NCBI GenBank assembly: GCA_943354005.1
Contig: CALRBE010000007.1
Span: 1-42,433 of the forward strand
Length of the DNA: 42,433 bases
Direction: 5' to 3'
Source: an uncultured Candidatus Saccharimonas sp.
GTDB lineage: Bacteria; Patescibacteriota; Saccharimonadia; Saccharimonadales; AWTP1-31
The position numbers and the translations under genes were made by a program. Under the pieces are notes generated by a model. The model saw only the letters and a list, made by a program, of their open reading frames with translations. It searched no databases and had not been told where the DNA came from. Shown one piece after another: positions 26,892-32,782 of the stretch. Each line of letters begins with the position of its first letter. Within the stretch, counting starts at the first letter, position 1.

Positions 26892-27049
26892 TAGGCTGGT
26901 GCCAACAATATGATAATCTGAATGCTTATCATAAGGGATTTCAAAATTCGTATATGACCGTGGTTGTATCGTGAGAAACCCCACCTGGGTTTAATTCCAG
27001 GTTGTCATGTTGGCCTCCAGCCGCTAAACATCCATCAAGGATGTTTTTT
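26892..27049 (+). ncRNA. Candidate structured small RNA (unclassified) ending in an intrinsic terminator
   Basis: Long-range closing helix GGCTGGtGCCAACA (26894-26907) / TGTTGGCctCCAGCC (27008-27022) encloses three hairpins (26910-26932, 26935-26981, 26983-27002). A terminator follows: AACATCC-atcaa-GGATGTT+T6 (27027-27049). No ORF. Confidence 0.4.
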
Positions 27050-27065
27050 GTTATCATGGATACAG

Positions 27066-27141
27066 CAGGGTGTAGCTTAGTTGGTAAAGCGCTGGGCTGG
27101 GGGTCCAGAGACCGGAGGTTCAAGTCCTCTCACCCTGACCA
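27066..27141 (+). tRNA. tRNA-Pro (anticodon GGG)
   Basis: CAGGGTGTAGCTTAGTTGGTAAAGCGCTGGGCTGGGGGTCCAGAGACCGGAGGTTCAAGTCCTCTCACCCTGACCA. C1-G72 and A73 are typical of tRNA-Pro. Anticodon loop is ctGGGgg. Confidence 0.9.
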
Positions 27142-27293
27142 TCAGAAATTTCACTTGGTTTTATACGTCAGTTCTCTTATAAATTACCGATAGTCATCTC
27201 TACTTCTTTGATCTCGGCCTCAAGCTCGTCGGTCTTGCCTGACATGTTGCCATAAGCCTATTTTCGAAATCTGCCATCTGATATGATGTGGCT

Positions 27294-28307
27294 ATGGATA
27301 ATGCACCACATGATGAAGGTACCAAGCAGTTCAGTGGTGCTGCGCTTTCCGAAGATTTATCAACAATGAAGTCTGATGCCGATCAGATTCAAGCAGAGAC
27401 AGGCGATGTAACTAAAACGGAAACCGAAGATTGGGGAAACATGGATAGATTACAAGTTGTAAGCGGACTTACCGAAGCAAAGCCAGGCCAGATAGAACCA
27501 GGAGAGGATTACCGTTTCCTTATAACGGCCGCAGTTCAGTCGTCACCGTCTGAGTTGGGTACTTGGTTAAGTGGTGATGGACAAGGCTTTAGGGGAAGTG
27601 ATCGACCTGTGAATACTAGTCTAATTGATCGGGAACATAATTGGACGTTTGCAGGTGAGAATGGTTTTATTCTTACTCCACCCGAAGACGGTGCTGATGT
27701 AATTGCTGCAAAGCCAGTAGATATTGGCTCAAACGACTTGGACAAACAGCCTATTCAGTTCAATGCTGACGAACTTCTTGGGGCAACAGCTAAGAATGGA
27801 TATAACCAGGTTAACATTGCTTCCGGCCGGCTTGAAGGCGTATTTATACGGCAAGATGAGCAAGGACAAGACTTGGGTAATCCTCGTGTCAATGAGCAAC
27901 TAAGAGCATTTGCAGATCATCATGGTTTACCAGTGGTTGAAATACCTGTTGAACCAATTTTACTTAAAGCCGGCGCTACTCAGATACATGAACTTGAAGC
28001 CAAAGAAGGTAGCCGATTATGGAAGATTTCGTTACCAAGCGATGGCGTCTTGCACGAGATAGATGTAATCAGGGTAAAACCTGGCGAAACACCAAAGGGT
28101 ATGCAACTTGATGAACGTGGCTTTGATCTGAGAATCCAGCAGTTAGATAGGTATGGTAGTAGCACTTTTATAAACGCCGATTCGGAGGTACTTGGCCAGT
28201 TGAGAAGCAAGGTTGAGGCTTTACTCTTAGATTTAACAGAGAGTGATCGTGAAGCCTTAGAGTTTACTTTAAGACGCATTGATAGCCTTAGCCGGCCAAC
28301 CAGTTAA
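27294..28307 (+). CDS. Hypothetical acidic protein
   Basis: 337 aa from the ATG at 27294 (a GTG at 27288 is also possible). No TM helix and no recognisable motif. GC is somewhat higher than in the flanks. Confidence 0.55.
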   Translation: MDNAPHDEGTKQFSGAALSEDLSTMKSDADQIQAETGDVTKTETEDWGNMDRLQVVSGLTEAKPGQIEPGEDYRFLITAAVQSSPSELGTWLSGDGQGFRGSDRPVNTSLIDREHNWTFAGENGFILTPPEDGADVIAAKPVDIGSNDLDKQPIQFNADELLGATAKNGYNQVNIASGRLEGVFIRQDEQGQDLGNPRVNEQLRAFADHHGLPVVEIPVEPILLKAGATQIHELEAKEGSRLWKISLPSDGVLHEIDVIRVKPGETPKGMQLDERGFDLRIQQLDRYGSSTFINADSEVLGQLRSKVEALLLDLTESDREALEFTLRRIDSLSRPTS

Positions 28308-28435
28308 CTATCTTTAGGCTGTTATAATTCCAGTAGCATTTGAGCGGAAACAGCAGTGTGTTAATCGGCTTAAGGCTAATCGCTCCTGCTTGACCATGTA
28401 TGAAAATATAGAAATCTAGAGGATAATAAAGTTAT

Positions 28436-29248
28436 ATGAAAGCTCTTAAGGTAAATCACGATTCAGCCCATTTGATCTTAGAAGGCAAACGAAGCTCTAC
28501 TTGGCGGATTAATGACGACAAAGACCTTCACGTAAATGATGTTGTTATGCTCATTGATCAGGTAGATCCCATTGATCCATCATCATGGAAAGAGCTTGGC
28601 AAAGTGCAGATTATTCAGATACTTGAGAAACAACTTGGTCAATTGACTCAAAGCGATATTGGACCTGAAGAGGCGATGACTTCTTTGAAAGATAGATTAA
28701 CTCTCTATCGTTCGTATTACGGGCCTCAAGTAAGAGCTGAGACTCCAGTAAAAATAGTCTTCTTCGCTGCTCAGAAGCCGCTCACGGACAATATTAGCCA
28801 AGAAGGCAAAACTCCACCTATAACCTATAAGTTGTTTACAGACGGTGGTTCAAGAGGCAACCCGGGTCCTTCAGCCTGTGGTTATGTGCTTTTTGACATG
28901 AGCGATAAGGTAATTGACCAGGATGGACTATTTTTAGGAGTCACTACAAACAATCAGGCAGAGTATCAATCTTTGAAATTAGGACTCGAGGTGGCACTTA
29001 AGCGCGGAGTACAGGTAGTACATTGCTATATGGATAGTATGCTTGTAATCAACCAAATGAAGGGTATTTATAAGGTGAAAAACCAGGATCTTATCCCTCT
29101 AAATATAGCAGTCCATAATCTAGTGAAGAAATTCACTGAAGTGGTTTTTACATTTGTACCAAGAGAACACAACAGGAGGGCCGACGAGATGGTTAATAAA
29201 ATACTCGATGCACAGGCTCCTGAGACAAATAAAAATCACTCCCAGTAA
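28436..29248 (+). CDS. ASCH-like domain fused to an RNase H (RNase HI/RVT_3-type) domain
   Basis: 270 aa. The C-terminal half carries DGGSRGNPGPSACG, NNQAEYQSL, MDSMLVINQM and NRRADEMVN (DEDD-type RNase H motifs). The N-terminal ~110 aa resembles an ASCH/PUA-like fold (LILEGKRSSTWR). Confidence 0.75.
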   Translation: MKALKVNHDSAHLILEGKRSSTWRINDDKDLHVNDVVMLIDQVDPIDPSSWKELGKVQIIQILEKQLGQLTQSDIGPEEAMTSLKDRLTLYRSYYGPQVRAETPVKIVFFAAQKPLTDNISQEGKTPPITYKLFTDGGSRGNPGPSACGYVLFDMSDKVIDQDGLFLGVTTNNQAEYQSLKLGLEVALKRGVQVVHCYMDSMLVINQMKGIYKVKNQDLIPLNIAVHNLVKKFTEVVFTFVPREHNRRADEMVNKILDAQAPETNKNHSQ

Positions 29249-29259
29249 GGAGTGATTTT
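29232..29259. terminator. Bidirectional terminator hairpin shared by the RNase H gene and rnpB
   Basis: AAAATCACTCC-cagtaa-GGAGTGATTTT. The TAA stop of the RNase H gene lies in the loop. T-runs follow on both strands. Confidence 0.65.
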
Positions 29260-29266
29260 AAGTATT

Positions 29267-29604
29267 AGGTTACGTGTAAGCCGGGTTCTGTATCCCTACT
29301 CAAGAGCAGGGTGCTAATCATCTATCTAGTCGACAGATTGCTCTGACGATCAAGCGGTTAACAATGCACTCTGGCGGGATACCAATATGAGCACATCTCC
29401 TTGCAGCAAACAGGGTTTACCATTTCATGTCGTCACCGACACAAATTGCGAGCTCTTACCTCGCTCGTTTCACCCTTACCTGAAAACAGGCGGTTTCGTT
29501 TCTGTGGCACTTTCCCTAGAGTTTCCTCCGGTTGCCGTTAGCAACTGTTATATCCCTATGCTGCCCGGACTTTCCTCCCTAAAAGGGCGATTAGCCGGTA
29601 ACCT
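29267..29604 (-). ncRNA. rnpB: RNase P RNA (bacterial type A)
   Basis: The minus strand contains the universally conserved GAGGAAAGTCCGGGC (P4 5' strand) and ACAGAACCCGGCTTA near the 3' end. P1 is formed by AGGTTAC/GTAACCT. TGgTATAAT lies 9 nt upstream, at 29614-29622. Confidence 0.9.
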
Positions 29605-29651
29605 AACGTGATTATTATACCATAAAAACTATGGATTTGCAGGCTTAGAGC

Positions 29652-29996
29652 TTATTTTTGGGTCGTTTTGACGATAGCAGTGAAAGCAGCAGGCTCGTTA
29701 ACGGCCAATTCACTTAAGATTTTGCGGTCAAGACCGATGCTAGATTTTTTGAGGGCAGCAATTAGGCGGCTGTAAGTAGTATCGTTCATTCTGGCAGCAG
29801 CGTTGATACGTGCATTCCAAAGAGCACGAAAGGTTCTTTTCTTATTTCGTCGATCGCGGTATGCGAACTGAAGACCTTTAGTAATAGCTTGTCGTCCTCG
29901 CTTGATGCTTGAACGGTTACTACGGGTCATACCCTTAGTGGCTTTTCTGATTTTCTGATGTCTTGCGTGACTTGTGACGCCTCTTTTAACGCGCAT
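29652..29996 (-). CDS. rplT: 50S ribosomal protein L20
   Basis: 114 aa: [16 protein letters not shown]...[25 protein letters not shown]. Confidence 0.95.
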   Translation of the reverse strand: MRVKRGVTSHARHQKIRKATKGMTRSNRSSIKRGRQAITKGLQFAYRDRRNKKRTFRALWNARINAAARMNDTTYSRLIAALKKSSIGLDRKILSELAVNEPAAFTAIVKTTQK

Positions 29997-30000
29997 TCTA

Positions 30001-30195
30001 TTATGCTCCTATCATTTGCTTTAAGGTTTTCTTCGCTTTACCTTGCACAGGCTCTAGTCCTGCAAGTCCTCGTTTACGTGCACCACTCTTCTTTTGAAGA
30101 AAGTGATTGCTCATTGAGTGTCGTCGAAGAACTTTACCATTCTTCGTGACACGTATCCGATCTTTGGCACCGCTATGGGTTTTTAGTTTTGGCAT
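30001..30195 (-). CDS. rpmI: 50S ribosomal protein L35
   Basis: 64 aa: [26 protein letters not shown]... Confidence 0.93.
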   Translation of the reverse strand: MPKLKTHSGAKDRIRVTKNGKVLRRHSMSNHFLQKKSGARKRGLAGLEPVQGKAKKTLKQMIGA

Positions 30196-30769
30196 TGCTA
30201 TTACTCCTAATCACAAAATTTAACTGCTTACCGCTTAATTGTGGCTGTTGATCAACTGCGATAGTATCACCGAAACTCGCGATAACTCTATCTGCCAGTT
30301 GGAAACCAAGTTCCTTATGGGCAAGTTCACGTCCTCGGTAAAAGACAGTGATCTTTACTTTATGTCCAGCCTCTAGAAATCCTTCGATTTTTCGACACTT
30401 AACTCCTAAATCATGAGCTCCAATCTTTAACCCGAATCTCATCTGCTTAACCTCAAATGATTTGGCGCTGCGTTTGTTCTTCTGCAACTGCTTCGTCTTT
30501 TGGTAGTTAAACTTGCCCCAGTCAATTATTTTCGCAACTGGCGGACTAGCTTCCGGTGAAATCTCAACTAAGTCGAGTTCTTGCTCTTGGGCAAGCTGGA
30601 GTGCTTCATCACGAGAGAGCACACCTAGTTGCTTACCATCCTGATCAATGACTCGTAATTGAGATGCTCGAATCATTTGATTCAAACGGGTTATTTTGGC
30701 GATTGCTTGCTCCTTGCATCGATTAAGGTTGGACCTAATTGTATCAAAGATATCAACAGGGGTCAACAT
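30173..30769 (-). CDS. infC: Translation initiation factor IF-3 (maximal ORF; the true start is probably internal and non-AUG)
   Basis: Conserved IRASQLRVIDQDGKQLGV...LDLVEISP...PPVAKIIDWGKF and C-domain KEVKQMRFGLKIGAHD. An AAGGAG box at 30710-30715 precedes an AUC codon at 30703. Confidence 0.9.
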   Translation of the reverse strand: MLTPVDIFDTIRSNLNRCKEQAIAKITRLNQMIRASQLRVIDQDGKQLGVLSRDEALQLAQEQELDLVEISPEASPPVAKIIDWGKFNYQKTKQLQKNKRSAKSFEVKQMRFGLKIGAHDLGVKCRKIEGFLEAGHKVKITVFYRGRELAHKELGFQLADRVIASFGDTIAVDQQPQLSGKQLNFVIRSNSNAKTKNP

Positions 30770-30902
30770 ATATTTATAAAATGCTTATATAAAACACCCG
30801 GACAGCCTAATTAAAATCATAATTGATAGGGAATACCATTACGATCTAATGATATTAAAAAGATACAGAATTAATGTAGTGCAAAGTATGATCGGTAAAC
30901 AT

Positions 30903-30932
30903 AAAAAAACAGCCCTTTGCGAGTAGGGCTGT
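30903..30932 (-). terminator. Intrinsic terminator inside the putative infC leader (attenuator candidate)
   Basis: Minus strand: ACAGCCCT-actcgcaa-AGGGCTGT followed by T7. Lies about 135 nt upstream of the infC ORF, with no CDS upstream on that strand. Confidence 0.6.
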
Positions 30933-30980
30933 TCATGTATTTTTCTTTTTATTTTTTGCCTTGTAGGGCTTTTTGTTTGG

Positions 30981-31007
30981 AACAACGGCTTGCGAGAAGC
31001 CGTTGTT
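30981..31007 (-). promoter_or_regulatory. GC-rich hairpin in the putative infC leader
   Basis: Perfect 9-bp stem AACAACGGC/GCCGTTGTT with loop TTGCGAGAA (plus-strand reading). Confidence 0.45.
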
Positions 31008-31370
31008 ACGAAGGTGTTTTTGTTTTTGAGTACTTAATTTGTTCAAGCACTATAGATATATTATTAATAAGTTTAGATGATGTCAACACGTTTATGCATA
31101 AAAAAGATATAAAGCTGTGTATAAGTAATTCCTCATCTATTAATTTAAGAATATTACATATAAAAAATAGACCTAAAACCTAAAATATCTGAATAATTAT
31201 GTGGAGGTATTAAAGAATTGCTAATATGCGGACTTTAGATGCTGTATATTATCTTCTGCTGCACTAATTATGGCCGCTAAGACTAAGAATGAGATCAAAA
31301 AAGCGTTATAATTGAGCGTTATCGCATGTATTTAAGATTTTAGAAATCAGACTGCTTAGACAATCCTTAG

Positions 31371-31384
31371 AATGCACGGGCAGA
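31371..31384. repeat. 14-bp direct repeat, copy 1 (AATGCACGGGCAGA)
   Basis: Exact copy of 31476-31489. A GC-rich island in AT-rich non-coding DNA. Confidence 0.8.
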
Positions 31385-31475
31385 CGAACATGTGCGCAAT
31401 ACAAGCTTTTCTATATATCCAACTAAATTTTCATAGACAAGTATTTATCAAGTCTTAATAATAATTTTCAGAATT

Positions 31476-31489
31476 AATGCACGGGCAGA
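31476..31489. repeat. 14-bp direct repeat, copy 2 (AATGCACGGGCAGA)
   Basis: Exact copy of 31371-31384, with a 105-bp start-to-start spacing. Confidence 0.8.
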
Positions 31490-31757
31490 AAAGCAAATGA
31501 GCTGCGTATTTAGTGGGTATAATGCAGGACTGAGCTATTGATAATTGTGCTCTATAAGCGTGAAAATTAGATGGTACATTCAGTGGAATTAGACAGTAGT
31601 ATAACGCTAATATAGTAGAAGATAATTGATATATTCGATGTATATAATATAACGTTGTAAGTATTTGTAGACGATTGTGCAACAACATATGTTGTAAGTT
31701 ATGTTACGACTACTAGTGTTAGAATATTATATTTGTATATTGAACAACAAAATATTA

Positions 31758-31786
31758 TTGACATAAGCGTAATGTAGATATATTAT
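31758..31786 (+). promoter_or_regulatory. Near-consensus sigma70-type promoter
   Basis: TTGACA (31758-31763), 17-nt spacer, TATTAT (31781-31786). Confidence 0.55.
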
Positions 31787-31793
31787 TTATTTC

Positions 31794-31940
31794 GTAGGGA
31801 TACATAAGTAGAACTACAAACTTTCGTCGCTCTTCGCCGCGTAACTGCGGAAAGAGCGGTCAGTCACAGCTAGGACGGTAAGCGCTCTAATAGTTTAATT
31901 TTATAGCAGCGGATTTACCGTCCAGCACCACATATTTTTT
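31794..31940 (+). ncRNA. Candidate small RNA or cis-regulatory leader (unclassified)
   Basis: Downstream of the promoter are hairpin A at 31826-31860 (9 bp + internal loop + 4 bp, loop GTAACT) and hairpin B at 31869-31926 (GCT-a-GGACGGTAA...TTACCGTCC-AGC, about 16 bp), then T6 at 31935-31940. No ORF. The next CDS starts at 32010. Confidence 0.35.
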
Positions 31941-32009
31941 CGTTTCTCTTGTAAAAATATGTATTATCAAACATAGTTAGGCCGAATAGAGCGAGGGTGA
32001 GAAGGGGAC

Positions 32010-32372
32010 ATGAAAGATAGACTAGAGCACATTCCAAAAGGCCGTTTGTTAGTCGCCTTGTATGTGCTCTTATTTATTTTTCTTATTTTTACAGACCCCC
32101 AGAAACTGCCCATTTTGTTTCTCATTGTTCCCATAGTCTGGTTATGGGTTTGTCTTTCCCTAACTATGTATCTATTCATTAGGAAAATGCCGTCTCGGAA
32201 GGGTAACGCTCCAAGAAATGACATTATTTACTCTATTGTTATAGCCACCTTCTTATGTCTTATCTTGTTGCTTCGATCCGTTAATCAGTTAAATGGTAAA
32301 GACATAATCTTGGTATTGATTTTGTTTTTAGTCACACGTCCGTATTTAAGGCGTCTACTTTCTTCTAAATAG
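32010..32372 (+). CDS. Small polytopic membrane protein
   Basis: 120 aa with three to four TM helices. GAGAAGGGGA RBS-like sequence upstream. Confidence 0.5.
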   Translation: MKDRLEHIPKGRLLVALYVLLFIFLIFTDPQKLPILFLIVPIVWLWVCLSLTMYLFIRKMPSRKGNAPRNDIIYSIVIATFLCLILLLRSVNQLNGKDIILVLILFLVTRPYLRRLLSSK

Positions 32373-32423
32373 GTCAAAATTGAGTGGCAATTCGTACAAC
32401 AATTCTGGTATAATTTAATAGAT

Positions 32424-32777
32424 ATGAATCCTCAATTACACGCTTCCGAACCAACCAGTTTGCCTATGCCAATAGATCCAAGCGTACCTCCATCTGTTAG
32501 TGTAGCCCCAGCTCCAATGCCAGAGCCGGCAGGAACAGTGCCTGCTACTAAAACAGTAGCTATTGGAGTGACCTCGGGAACCACCAACAAGAGCGCACAC
32601 ACTCCAAATATTGCAGAAGATGTTGATCTTATAGAGAAGGAATGGGTAGAAAAAGCGAAGCACATAGTGTCTCAGACTAAAAATGACCCTCGTGAGCAAA
32701 ATGTGGAAATGTCAAAGCTAAAAGCAGACTATATGAAAAAAAGATACAATAAAGACCTAGAGATAGACTCAGAATAA
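32424..32777 (+). CDS. Hypothetical protein with a Pro-rich N-terminus and a charged helical C-terminus
   Basis: 117 aa. Lies immediately upstream (5-nt gap) of the large ATPase gene. Confidence 0.5.
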   Translation: MNPQLHASEPTSLPMPIDPSVPPSVSVAPAPMPEPAGTVPATKTVAIGVTSGTTNKSAHTPNIAEDVDLIEKEWVEKAKHIVSQTKNDPREQNVEMSKLKADYMKKRYNKDLEIDSE

Positions 32778-32782
32778 GCTCT

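Noticed and set aside
26892-27049. Assignment of the candidate RNAs (26892-27049 and 31794-31940) to SRP RNA, 6S RNA, tmRNA or the fluoride riboswitch
   Set aside because: Neither has an SRP domain IV signature (a GNAR loop with flanking AGCAGC/GGAA motifs), a tRNA-like 3' end with a tag ORF, or a 6S-type long bubble helix. The 120-aa membrane protein at 32010 lacks CrcB motifs (GGxxGxxxR, TTFSTF). The RNAs are therefore left unclassified.
27188-27253. 22-codon minus-strand mini-ORF (MSGKTDELEAEIKEVEMTIGNL)
   Set aside because: It is too short, has no RBS and has no supporting context. It is mentioned only as a possible gene remnant.
29387-29611. 74-aa plus-strand ORF from the six-frame track
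   Set aside because: It lies entirely inside the RNase P RNA gene on the opposite strand, where the conserved GAGGAAAGTCCGGGC and ACAGAACCCGGCTTA motifs occur. It has no RBS, so I treat it as a spurious ORF.
30917-31183. ORFs in the AT-rich gap (30917-31183 +, 31455-31688 -, 31967-32224 -)
   Set aside because: Their translations are rich in F/I/L/Y/C, as expected from random AT-rich DNA. They have no RBS. The first also spans two hairpins that are better explained as leader structures.
31371-31489. Possible CRISPR array
   Set aside because: There are only two copies of a 14-bp repeat, with a 91-bp gap between them. No repeat of CRISPR length, no regular array and no cas genes are present in the window.
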